Source: an uncultured Clostridia bacterium
GTDB lineage: Bacteria > Bacillota > Clostridia > Oscillospirales > Ruminococcaceae
Direction of reading: 5' to 3'
Assembly: GCA_945835425.1 (NCBI GenBank)
Contig: CAMAJC010000001.1
Span: 1 to 25,121 of the forward strand
DNA: 25,121 nt
Every line of letters starts with the position of its first letter. The first letter of the stretch is position 1. Positions 1 through 7,683 of the stretch are shown piece after piece. The position numbers and the translations under genes were made by a program. A model generated the notes under the pieces. It was not told the DNA's origin and ran no database searches. It saw only the letters and a program-made list of their open reading frames with translations.

Positions 1-100
1 TTGACGGCACTTGGATAGATACAGGATGATGACCATCTGCGCATCGATACCATTTTTATCGGATAACGTTACAATATTTATATTGTGCGGCATTTATACT

Positions 101-127
101 GTAGGGCGGGCTGCCCTCAGCCCGCCG
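101..127 (+). repeat. GTAG-type REP palindrome
   Basis: GTAG-GGCGGGCTG-CCCT-CAGCCCGCC-G: GTAG foot plus a perfect 9-bp stem. Near-identical copies at 11547..11573(-) and 11603..11629(+). Confidence 0.8.
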
Positions 128-172
128 CAAACCGGACACGCTTTCGGAAAATACCGAAACTGCATATAAAAA

Positions 173-1375
173 TCATTCCGGCATATCAATGGAAATCTCG
201 TTGAGCAGATAGTTGACTGCGCCGACCTCCCTGCCGTCGCGGAAATAGACTCTGGGGACCCGCTTACCGATCAGGCAGAACAGCTCATAGCTGATGGTGT
301 CGGCATACCCTGCCAGCTCGTCAAAGGTGATGGCGTCTTCCCCGTCTTTTCCGACGATGGTCGCGATGTCCCCGGCGGCGGCTCCTTCGATGCCGGTGAC
401 GTCCACCATGATCTGGTCCATGCAGACGTTGCCGATGACTCTGGCGCGCTTGCCGCGGATCAGGACGCTGGCCTTGCCGGACATACAGCGCAGATACCCG
501 TCGGCGTACCCGATGGGGATGGTCGCGATCCGGCGGTCGCCCTCGGTCGTATAATGGCGGCCGTAGCTGATGCAGTTGCCCGCGGGCAGGGTTTTGACCA
601 TCGAAACCACCGAGCGGATGGAGAGCAGCGGATGGAGGTCGAGGGCGCAGCCTTCTCTTGTGTCGACCGGCATACCGTACATGATGATGCCCGCGCGGAC
701 ATAGTTATAGTGGCAGCTCCGTTCGTTTTCGATACCGGCGGAGTTTTGCAGATGGCGGCAGCGGAAATGAACGCCCGCTTTTTCCAGCGCCTCGACCGTC
801 CGGTCGAACCGCTGCTGCTGCAGCCGGGTATAGGCAAGCCCATCCTCGGTGATGTCGTCCGCCGAGGAGAAATGGCTGAACACCCCTTCGATGGACAGTC
901 CCGGCAGTGCTGCCACCGCCTTGATTTCTTCCACCGGGTCGATGTCTTCCCGGACGATAAAGCCGATCCGGCCCATGCCGGTGTCCAGCTTGATATGGCA
1001 GCGGATGGTGACCCCGGCTTTTACCGCTGCATCGCTCAGCTTCCGGGCATATTCGGAGGAATAAACCGCCTGTGTGATGCCGTAATGGGCGAGGTCGGCT
1101 GCCCTTGTGCAGGGCGTGACGCCGAGGATCAGGATATTCCCTTCGATCTCCTTCCGGCGCAGGGAGAGGGCTTCCTCCAGGTTGGAGACGGCGAAGAAAT
1201 GCACGCCGAGCTTGCTCAGTTCCGAGGCGATGTACCAGTCCCCATGGCCGTAAGCGTCCGCCTTGACGACCCCGATGATGCCGGTGTCGGCCGGAATCAC
1301 CTTTCTGATCTCCGCTATATTCTGATGAAGGGCGTCCAGATCGATCTCCGCCCAGGTCCGTTTTAGAAATTCCAT
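173..1375 (-). CDS. alr: Alanine racemase (400 aa)
   Basis: PLP-lysine motif VVKADAYGHG, HIKLDTGMGRIG, catalytic Tyr region ISYGRHY, IGNVCMDQ. Start set at MEFLKRTWAEID (ATG at 1375) with RBS GGAAGGAAG upstream. Confidence 0.96.
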   Translation of the reverse strand: MEFLKRTWAEIDLDALHQNIAEIRKVIPADTGIIGVVKADAYGHGDWYIASELSKLGVHFFAVSNLEEALSLRRKEIEGNILILGVTPCTRAADLAHYGITQAVYSSEYARKLSDAAVKAGVTIRCHIKLDTGMGRIGFIVREDIDPVEEIKAVAALPGLSIEGVFSHFSSADDITEDGLAYTRLQQQRFDRTVEALEKAGVHFRCRHLQNSAGIENERSCHYNYVRAGIIMYGMPVDTREGCALDLHPLLSIRSVVSMVKTLPAGNCISYGRHYTTEGDRRIATIPIGYADGYLRCMSGKASVLIRGKRARVIGNVCMDQIMVDVTGIEGAAAGDIATIVGKDGEDAITFDELAGYADTISYELFCLIGKRVPRVYFRDGREVGAVNYLLNEISIDMPE

Positions 1376-1463
1376 GTTATGTTGCTTCCTTCCGTTTCCG
1401 GCGCACCGCGCCCTGGTAACGATTTCTGTAATATTGTAAAAATTTCCCAAAGGAGGGCTGCAT

Positions 1464-1994
1464 ATGCAGCAAAACGCGCCGTCTTCCCGGGACGGCTGTT
1501 CCCACAGCGCCTGTTTTACAGGCCACCGCCCCGACCGCTTTTCCGGCGTCCGGATGGACGATCTGCGGCTGGATATCAGCGCGGCCATTGTCGAGGCTGT
1601 CGAGGAGGGCTACGATACCTTTTACTGCGGGATGGCGCAGGGCACCGATATTCTGGCCGGAGAACTGACGGCGTCACTCCGCCAGCAGTACCCCTGGATC
1701 CGCCTGATCGCCGTGGTGCCATTCCCGGAGCAGACCGACGGCTGGAGCGCGGACTGGCTGCAGCGCTATGAGAGCCTCCTCGAAAAATCCGACGAAGTGC
1801 GCACCCTCCTGCCCCATATCCAGAAAGGCGGATATTTCCTGCGGGACCGGTATATGGTCGACCGCTCCTCCCTGCTGATCGGGGTGTACAGCGGTGCTCC
1901 GCGCGGCGGTACGGCCTACACGATCCGATACGCCCGGAAAAAGGGGCTGCGGATCCGGATCCTGACGCCGCAAAGCTACCGGCGGCGGAAATAA
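1464..1994 (+). CDS. YpsA/DUF1273-like SLOG-family protein
   Basis: Motifs CFTGHRP, GMAQGTD, RDRYMVDRS, GGTAYTIRYA; RBS AGGAGGG. Divergent from alr with 88 bp between the starts. Confidence 0.85.
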   Translation: MQQNAPSSRDGCSHSACFTGHRPDRFSGVRMDDLRLDISAAIVEAVEEGYDTFYCGMAQGTDILAGELTASLRQQYPWIRLIAVVPFPEQTDGWSADWLQRYESLLEKSDEVRTLLPHIQKGGYFLRDRYMVDRSSLLIGVYSGAPRGGTAYTIRYARKKGLRIRILTPQSYRRRK

Positions 1995-2048
1995 CCGGCT
2001 GCACTTTTCCACTATACTATATTTAGCCGCGATTTGCAAGCCTTTTCC

Positions 2049-2262
2049 TGTGAATAACCCGTGACAGAAAAAAATCGGTCCGAATATCCGTGCTCAGCTT
2101 TTTTCACAGAAATCTTGCGGGAAATTTTCCGTTTCCGCGCTTTTTCCCGACTGTTTTTTCTCAGATTTTACAAATTGTACAATCCGGCGAAAAAATACAC
2201 GTTTTCCACACTTTCCACCGGGTTGTAAACATTCCACCGTCCCCGATTTCCGGTTTTCCACC
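2049..2262. promoter_or_regulatory. Cluster of DnaA-box-like 9-mers
   Basis: TTWTNCACA matches at 2049..2057(-, TTATTCACA), 2100..2108 (TTTTTCACA) and 2202..2210 (TTTTCCACA); near matches at 2211, 2230 and 2254. Confidence 0.35.
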
Positions 2263-2548
2263 GAATGAGACGGCGGTTTCCGGGGAACAGACGCAAGAAT
2301 CCTGAAATTCCGCCCTTTTCCGTACAATTCCTGAAAAACTTCTCAACATCCCAGATGTTGAAAGAGTGGAATACTTCTTTTCCCGATGACCACAAGATAT
2401 TGTGACCGTCATCCCCGCTTTTTCGGCTGATTCCGACCGGGTACGGAAAAGCTGCCGCCATTTTTCTGAAAAAGTGCATGAAAGCAGGCGTCGTTTTTGC
2501 CGCTTTACGACAAAATATCAGAAAACAGTAGCGAATTTCTTATGAATG

Positions 2549-2557
2549 TGCTATACT
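2549..2557 (+). promoter_or_regulatory. Extended -10 promoter element upstream of the M15B gene
   Basis: TG-c-TATACT, with a second TATAAT at 2563..2568; no clear -35. Confidence 0.4.
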
Positions 2558-2658
2558 AAGACTATAATGTATTTCTGTACGCAGTTTTTTGCTCACAGTG
2601 TTTCCAATCATATTTTTAACCATTTGCGGAGCTGTTCCGCTGAAAGGTGTGAAGTCAA

Positions 2659-3750
2659 GTGTCGTATTCTTCCAAAGGCCGTAAAGTCCGAAGACGCCGC
2701 AAGAGCATCAATGTCCGCAACCTGATTATCCTGATTGCGGGAGCCGTCGTCACAATAGTTCTGTTTATTTTGCTGATCACCGGCATCGTCCGGCTGATTT
2801 CCAAAGGAATCGGTGCCCTGACCGGGGACGGCAAGGAAAAAAATTCTTCCCAGATTTCTTCCACTGTATCGGATACCGATTCCAGCTCCGCCGAAAGCTC
2901 GCAGCCTGCCCTCGTCTACAGCAACATCCAGATGACCCAGGCGGACGAAAACCAGGGCGAGCTGATCCTCATCAATTCGACCCACGGCTACCAGAGCGAG
3001 GTCGAAGACCTTCAGATCTTCTGGGGCAATAAGAATAAATCCTATTCGCTGCTGGTCGCGGAGATGTACGCCAAACCGGAGGTCGTCACCGGCATGAACG
3101 AAATGATGGCGGCGTTCCAGACCCAGAGCGGCATCAGCTCGGTCATGGTCTCCAGCGCCTACCGCAACGTCGATGATCAGCAGAAGATGTACGACAACGA
3201 CCTGGCCAAAAACGGCACCGACACCTCCGAGACGGTCGCCAAGGCCGGCTACAGCGAGCATCATTCCGGCTACGCCCTCGACCTGTCCTATAATTCCGCC
3301 GCCGGCACCGCTTATCTGGACGGCACCGGAAGCTATTCCTGGCTGATCGAGAACTGCTACAAATACGGCTTCATCATCCGCTATCCCGAGGGCAAAACCG
3401 CTGTCACCGGCATGGCTTATGAGCCCTGGCATTTCCGCTATATCGGCAAGGTCCACGCGGAAGCCCTGACCAAGGGGAACTACTGCCTGGAGGAATATAT
3501 CGATATGCTCCGGCTCCACGGCCAGGACAACCCCTATAACTTCGTGTCCGAAACCGGCGCCGATTACCTGATCTACTACGTTCCCAGCGGCGGCACCACC
3601 ACCGAAATTCCCATCCCACAGGGCAAGGAATACACCGTTTCCGGCACCAACGAAGGCGGTTTTGTCGTCACCGTGACCATGGGCAGCGGCAGCAGCTATG
3701 CTTCCGACACCAAAGTCAGCACCGCCGGCACCGCGTCCTCCTCCAACTAA
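2659..3750 (+). CDS. Membrane-anchored D-Ala-D-Ala carboxypeptidase, M15B/VanY family
   Basis: Basic N-terminus plus one TM helix and a Ser-rich linker; motifs SAYR, GYSEHHSGYALD (SxHxxGxAxD) and YEPWHFRY (ExxH). GTG start with RBS GAAAGGTG. Confidence 0.92.
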   Translation: MSYSSKGRKVRRRRKSINVRNLIILIAGAVVTIVLFILLITGIVRLISKGIGALTGDGKEKNSSQISSTVSDTDSSSAESSQPALVYSNIQMTQADENQGELILINSTHGYQSEVEDLQIFWGNKNKSYSLLVAEMYAKPEVVTGMNEMMAAFQTQSGISSVMVSSAYRNVDDQQKMYDNDLAKNGTDTSETVAKAGYSEHHSGYALDLSYNSAAGTAYLDGTGSYSWLIENCYKYGFIIRYPEGKTAVTGMAYEPWHFRYIGKVHAEALTKGNYCLEEYIDMLRLHGQDNPYNFVSETGADYLIYYVPSGGTTTEIPIPQGKEYTVSGTNEGGFVVTVTMGSGSSYASDTKVSTAGTASSSN

Positions 3751-3764
3751 AACAGCATCCTTGC

Positions 3765-3796
3765 ATCTCCCTCACGGCTGTGAGGGAGATTTTTTT
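3765..3796 (+). terminator. Rho-independent terminator
   Basis: ATCTCCCTCAC-ggct-GTGAGGGAGAT (11-bp perfect stem) followed by a T run. Confidence 0.85.
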
Positions 3797-3798
3797 GC

Positions 3799-3831
3799 AA
3801 AGAAAACAGCCTGTCGGTTTTCCCGGCAGGC
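3799..3831 (-). terminator. Probable terminator of the DUF1622 gene
   Basis: Minus strand GCCTGCCGG-gaaaa-CCGACAGGC followed by TGTTTTCTTT. Confidence 0.55.
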
Positions 3832-3850
3832 CGTTTCAGCATCCTCTGAT

Positions 3851-4216
3851 TTATTTATGCTTTTCATGAACCGGCGGCTCGTCCAGCGCCTTGGCTTCTT
3901 CTTCCTCGTTCTTGATCTCCCAGTGGATCAGGAAGGTCAGCGCAGCCCGCAGCAGGATGATCGCACCGACAATCGCGATCTCCGACAGGTCGCGGACAAC
4001 GACCGTACGCAGAATCTCGCTGCCCAGCTTAAATTCCAGCCCCATGGCCATCCCCTTTGCCAGCTTGAGCCGGGTCAAGGGGTCGCGCCGAACGAAATTG
4101 TACACGCCCTGGGCGCCTGCCAGGGTGATGATAATAATACCGACGATCTCGAAAAGGACGATTGCGTATTCCGCCATGCCTTTTACGATCTCCTCCAAAA
4201 TAGCGAGAAGGTCCAT
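3851..4216 (-). CDS. DUF1622 family small membrane protein (121 aa)
   Basis: Signature GLEFKLGSEILRTVVVRDLSEIAIVGAIILLRAALTFLIHWEI; start MDLLAILEE with RBS AAAGGAG. Confidence 0.85.
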   Translation of the reverse strand: MDLLAILEEIVKGMAEYAIVLFEIVGIIIITLAGAQGVYNFVRRDPLTRLKLAKGMAMGLEFKLGSEILRTVVVRDLSEIAIVGAIILLRAALTFLIHWEIKNEEEEAKALDEPPVHEKHK

Positions 4217-4363
4217 CTCTGTTCTCCTTTCCGAGCGCCGTCCGGGACTGCAGCCCGCTGCGCCACAAATAATGCAGAAAACCATTCTGTCAAAATCTGA
4301 CAGAAACGGACAGGTTTCCTTTCATTTATTGTAGCACAAAGCCACAGCCGTTGCAAGGGAAAA

Positions 4364-4777
4364 TTATAGTACCATGAACAGCGTTCCTGCCGCGATTAAA
4401 ATGCCGCCGATGATCGACTTGACCGAGACGGTCTCGTGCAGGAAAACAAAGGCAAGGATCAGGGTGAAGACGATGCTCAGCTTGTCGATCGGCGCGACCT
4501 TGCTGACCTCGCCCATCTCCAGCGCCTTGTAATAGCACAGCCAGGACGCGCCGGTCGCCAGCCCCGACAGGACCAAAAACAGCCAGCTCTTCTGGCCGAT
4601 ATCCTTGATGCCGTTCTGGGTGCCGGTGATGAACACCATCCCCCAGGCCATGATCAGGACGACAGCGGTGCGGATCGCCGTCGCAAGGGTGGAATTGACG
4701 CCGGTGATGCCGATCTTCGCCAGAATCGACGTCAGCGCCGCAAAGACCGCGGATAAAAGTGCGTATACTGCCCACAT
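4364..4777 (-). CDS. EamA/DMT family transporter, single-domain (137 aa)
   Basis: MWAVYALLSAVFAALTSILAKIG...LCYYKALEMGEVSKVAPIDKLS; about 5 hydrophobic segments; RBS AAGAGGA. Confidence 0.9.
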   Translation of the reverse strand: MWAVYALLSAVFAALTSILAKIGITGVNSTLATAIRTAVVLIMAWGMVFITGTQNGIKDIGQKSWLFLVLSGLATGASWLCYYKALEMGEVSKVAPIDKLSIVFTLILAFVFLHETVSVKSIIGGILIAAGTLFMVL

Positions 4778-4821
4778 AGAAATTCCTCTTTTCATTTATG
4801 CCCGGCGTGAAGCCTGCCGGT

Positions 4822-5283
4822 TTATTTTTCCTGCACGCGGGCGGAAAGGGTCTGGTAGTCCGTCTTCCGCTCGGATTTGGACTTTTGATAGAGCGTGTCA
4901 AGCACCTGCAGGAAAACACGCTTCTCCTCCTCCGGAATATCCTCCAGCAGCCAGGCGTAATAAAACGCCTCCAGCGCCGCCTGGGAATCCTTGAGGCTGT
5001 CCGCCTTTTCGGTGGCGTAAATCTGCCGCCTGCGGTTGTCGTCCGGGTGCGGCTGCCGGGTCACAAAGCCCTTCCGCTCCAGCCCTGCCACCATATGGGC
5101 GACGGCGCTCTTTTCCCGGTACAGCTTCCGGCAGACCTCATCGGAACAGATGCCGGGATTTTTGCGGATGCAGTGGAGCACCTCGTATTCGCTGGCGCCC
5201 AGCCCCACTTCCTTGGCCTGCGACTGGGCAAAATGGGAAGCATTGCGGGCAATTTTCGTGATCTGGCGTCTGCTCGGGTCCAT
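4822..5283 (-). CDS. MarR family transcriptional regulator (153 aa)
   Basis: Winged-helix pattern EKSAVAHMVAGLERKGFVTRQPHPDDNRRRQIYATEK; RBS GAAAGGAG before MDPSRR. Confidence 0.88.
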   Translation of the reverse strand: MDPSRRQITKIARNASHFAQSQAKEVGLGASEYEVLHCIRKNPGICSDEVCRKLYREKSAVAHMVAGLERKGFVTRQPHPDDNRRRQIYATEKADSLKDSQAALEAFYYAWLLEDIPEEEKRVFLQVLDTLYQKSKSERKTDYQTLSARVQEK

Positions 5284-5336
5284 GGGCCATCTCCTTTCTC
5301 TGATTGATCGAAATAGTTGCTGCATCAACTAATTAG

Positions 5337-5365
5337 AGGATAACACATTCTTTTCCTGCTGTCAA
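5337..5365 (-). promoter_or_regulatory. sigmaA promoter of marR-eamA
   Basis: Minus strand TTGACA-17-TATCCT with the extended TGn motif. Confidence 0.7.
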
Positions 5366-5393
5366 TATATTTCCAAAATATTTGCATTTTCTC

Positions 5394-5422
5394 TTGACAA
5401 ATATATCGGCCGCCGTTATAAT
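5394..5422 (+). promoter_or_regulatory. Consensus sigmaA promoter of the padR operon
   Basis: TTGACA(5394)-17 nt-TATAAT(5417). Confidence 0.9.
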
Positions 5423-5444
5423 AAATATGTCGGAACCCGATATA
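5402..5444. promoter_or_regulatory. Two tandem palindromic operators, probably PadR autoregulation
   Basis: TATATCGG-ccg-CCGTTATA (5402..5420) and TATGTCGG-aac-CCGATATA (5426..5444). Each is one mismatch from TATATCGG-N3-CCGATATA; they overlap the spacer/-10 and the presumed start site. Confidence 0.65.
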
Positions 5445-5490
5445 ACGAATCCAGATATAACGGAAGCCGAAATCAGACAGGAGGGGTCAG

Positions 5491-5820
5491 ATGGAATCAA
5501 TCGCATTGACCGAGGCGGTCTATTACATCCTGCTCTCGCTCGACCAGCCGATGCACGGGTACGGCATCATGCAGAACACGGAACAGCTGAGCGGCGGACG
5601 GGTGCGGCTGGCGGCGGGGACGCTGTACGGCGCGCTGAACACCCTGCTGGATAAAGGGTGGATCAAGGCGCTGCCCGGCGAAAAGAACAGCCGCAAAAAG
5701 GAATACCAGATTACCGACGCGGGGCGCGAAGCTGTCCTGCGTGAGATGGAGCGGCTGGCGGAGTTGCTGCGCAACGGACAGCAGCTGACCGCGCGCTGGC
5801 TGAAAGGAGGAGGACTATGA
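5491..5820 (+). CDS. PadR family transcriptional regulator
   Basis: MHGYGIMQ...LAAGTLYGALNTLLDKGWI...RKKEYQITDAG; RBS GGAGGGG. Confidence 0.93.
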   Translation: MESIALTEAVYYILLSLDQPMHGYGIMQNTEQLSGGRVRLAAGTLYGALNTLLDKGWIKALPGEKNSRKKEYQITDAGREAVLREMERLAELLRNGQQLTARWLKGGGL

Positions 5821-6359
5821 TCAAAAAGGTTTGGAAGCAGTGGTGGGCCTGGGATTTCGACAAGGAAGAGGCCTGGTACAACGAGATGGCGGCAAAGGGG
5901 TACAATCTCTCCTACATCCGGCCGTTTCAGTATTATTTCCAGACGGGAACGCCCGGCGAATACATCTACCGGCAGGAGCTTCTCGACCATCTCCCTTCCC
6001 ATCCGGAGAGCGAAAGCTACATCCAGTTCATGGAGGAGACCGGCGCGGAACTGGTCTGCACCTACCAGCGCTGGGCCATCTTCCGCAGAAAGGCGGAGGA
6101 CGGCGCGTTCGACCTCTTTTCCGACCTCGATTCCCGGCTGAAGCACCTGAAACGGGTCGGCGCGCTGCTGCTCTCCCTGACGCTGATGGAGTTTGCCATC
6201 GGGCTGAATAACATCAGCCTCTCTTTTGCGGCGGACAGCCCGCTAAACTTCTGGTGCGGACTGATCTGCCTGCTGCTGGGGATTTGCCTGCTGAGCGGCA
6301 GCAGACGGGTCTGGAAAATGAGCAGAAAGATCGCCAAAGAACGGAATATCCGCGAATAA
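5817..6359 (+). CDS. DUF2812 family membrane protein
   Basis: WDFDKEEAWYNEMAAKGYNL...YQELL...FMEETGAELV pattern with C-terminal TM helices; ATGA overlap with padR; padR-DUF2812 pairs are common in Firmicutes. Confidence 0.85.
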   Translation: MIKKVWKQWWAWDFDKEEAWYNEMAAKGYNLSYIRPFQYYFQTGTPGEYIYRQELLDHLPSHPESESYIQFMEETGAELVCTYQRWAIFRRKAEDGAFDLFSDLDSRLKHLKRVGALLLSLTLMEFAIGLNNISLSFAADSPLNFWCGLICLLLGICLLSGSRRVWKMSRKIAKERNIRE

Positions 6360-6374
6360 TATGGAGGAATGATT

Positions 6375-6704
6375 ATGGAAAAGATTGCAGAGTTTGCACT
6401 GGCGGCGCTTCCGCTCATTCTGGTCGGACTGGCGCTGGCGCTGTTTATCGCCGCGTGGAACATCCGCAGCAAAGAGGAATCACTTCCCGACGGGCAGAAA
6501 CTGATGCGCAGCGGCTGGGCTTATCTGCTGGCAGGTCTTTTGTGCATGGCGCTGGGGTATCTGGTCGGAAAGGCGCAGCCCTTTGAGGACCAGAGTTACC
6601 TGCAGGGGGTGCTGAACGGGATGCAGATCGTGCTGCTGCTCCTCGGCATTTACCGGCTCGGGCTGGGTCTGGGACATAAAAATAGCGAAAACAAAAAAGA
6701 CTGA
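6375..6704 (+). CDS. Hypothetical small membrane protein (about 3 TM)
   Basis: RBS GGAGG 7 nt before ATG 6375; three hydrophobic stretches; followed by a terminator. Confidence 0.75.
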   Translation: MEKIAEFALAALPLILVGLALALFIAAWNIRSKEESLPDGQKLMRSGWAYLLAGLLCMALGYLVGKAQPFEDQSYLQGVLNGMQIVLLLLGIYRLGLGLGHKNSENKKD

Positions 6705-6713
6705 ACATACAGC

Positions 6714-6745
6714 AAAACCTCCGAGGCTTTCCCCGGAGGTTTTTT
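6714..6745. terminator. Bidirectional terminator between convergent genes
   Basis: AAAACCTCCG-loop-CGGAGGTTTT(TT) between the membrane-protein gene and whiA. Confidence 0.85.
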
Positions 6746-6746
6746 C

Positions 6747-7673
6747 TTACTCTGTTTCAGGCGCCGTCACGCCCTGTTCGCGGAGTTTTTCCGCAGTTTC
6801 GCTGATGCGTTTGAGCCGGTGGTTGACACCGCTCCGGGAAATCGGGGTGGAAAGCATCGCCGCCAGTTCCCGCAGCGACATCGCCTCGTTTTCCAGCCGC
6901 AGCTTTGCCAGTTCCTGCAAATCCTCGTCGAGATAGGACAGCCCGACCGTCTGCTCGATAAAACGGATATCCTGCACCTGCGCGGACGCGGCGGAGATGG
7001 TCTTGCCGAGGTTGGCGGTCTCGCAGTTGGTGGTGCGGTTGACGTGGTTGCGCACCGTCTTCATGACCTTTATTTCCATCAGCTTCATGCTGGAAGTCGA
7101 CGCGCCGATCAGGGTCAGGAAGTCCTCGATCTGTTCGCTTTCCTTTATATAGAGGATCTCGCAGCCCTTGCGCCTTGCCATCTTGAACCGGATGCCGCAC
7201 TGGACGGCCAAGGCGTGAATCTCCTCGGCGAACATCGGAGTGAGGGCGTTTATCTCCAGATGGTACTCCTTTTCGGGGTTGGTCATCGAGCCATAAGCCA
7301 GAAAAAGTCCCCGCAGAAACGCCGCTTTGCAGCAGCTCCGCTCGACGAAGTCCTTTGTCAGCGGCGACCGGCCCAGATGGTAGTATTCCTGCAGCAGCTG
7401 CCGGGTATTTTCATGCTCAATGGCAACGGAATAGACCTCGGTATCGCCTTTGAGCCGGTGCAGATCCCGCCGGATATCGACGATTGCGCCCAGTTCCGCC
7501 AGCATCGTCGCGACCTCTTCCGCCAGCTCGCGGTTTTCGGTCGTAAAGATGGTCGGTTCCTGCGGGAAGGATTTGCTCAGTTTGAGCACGGCATAAACCA
7601 GCGCGCCGCGGCAATGGAACTCCCGCAGCGGGTTTTTCATCACTTCCTGCTTGACATCCTGACAAAAAGACAC
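6747..7673 (-). CDS. whiA: WhiA DNA-binding/cell-division protein (308 aa)
   Basis: LAGLIDADG-like AFLRGLFLAYGSMTNPEKEYHLE; VNRTTNCETANLGKT; C-terminal HTH SLRELAAMLSTPISRSGVNHRLKRI. GTG start with RBS GAGGGAG. Confidence 0.93.
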   Translation of the reverse strand: MSFCQDVKQEVMKNPLREFHCRGALVYAVLKLSKSFPQEPTIFTTENRELAEEVATMLAELGAIVDIRRDLHRLKGDTEVYSVAIEHENTRQLLQEYYHLGRSPLTKDFVERSCCKAAFLRGLFLAYGSMTNPEKEYHLEINALTPMFAEEIHALAVQCGIRFKMARRKGCEILYIKESEQIEDFLTLIGASTSSMKLMEIKVMKTVRNHVNRTTNCETANLGKTISAASAQVQDIRFIEQTVGLSYLDEDLQELAKLRLENEAMSLRELAAMLSTPISRSGVNHRLKRISETAEKLREQGVTAPETE

Positions 7674-7683
7674 GGGGACTCCC

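Noticed and set aside
1-100. Partial gene at the left edge
   Set aside because: All plus frames contain stops, and the open minus frame (MPHNINIV...) has no RBS or recognisable motif; not supportable.
1376-1588. Longer N-termini given by the ORF track (alr, DUF1622, marR, whiA, rapZ, murB, ROK, lacZ, G5/3D, ftsX)
   Set aside because: The extensions overlap neighbouring genes, promoters or repeats; downstream starts have proper RBSs and typical family lengths.
1995-2658. Replication origin oriC
   Set aside because: No dnaA, dnaN, rpmH or gidA nearby and only three consensus boxes; reported only as a box cluster.
173-3750. Vancomycin-resistance cluster (VanY plus racemase as VanT)
   Set aside because: No D-Ala-D-Lac/Ser ligase, vanH/X or vanRS, and the racemase lacks VanT's membrane domain. 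These are housekeeping homologues.
5382-5654. 90-aa ORF with EPDIT/NPDIT repeats overlapping padR
   Set aside because: It runs through the promoter and out of frame into padR; the peptide repeat simply reflects the 15-bp DNA repeats.
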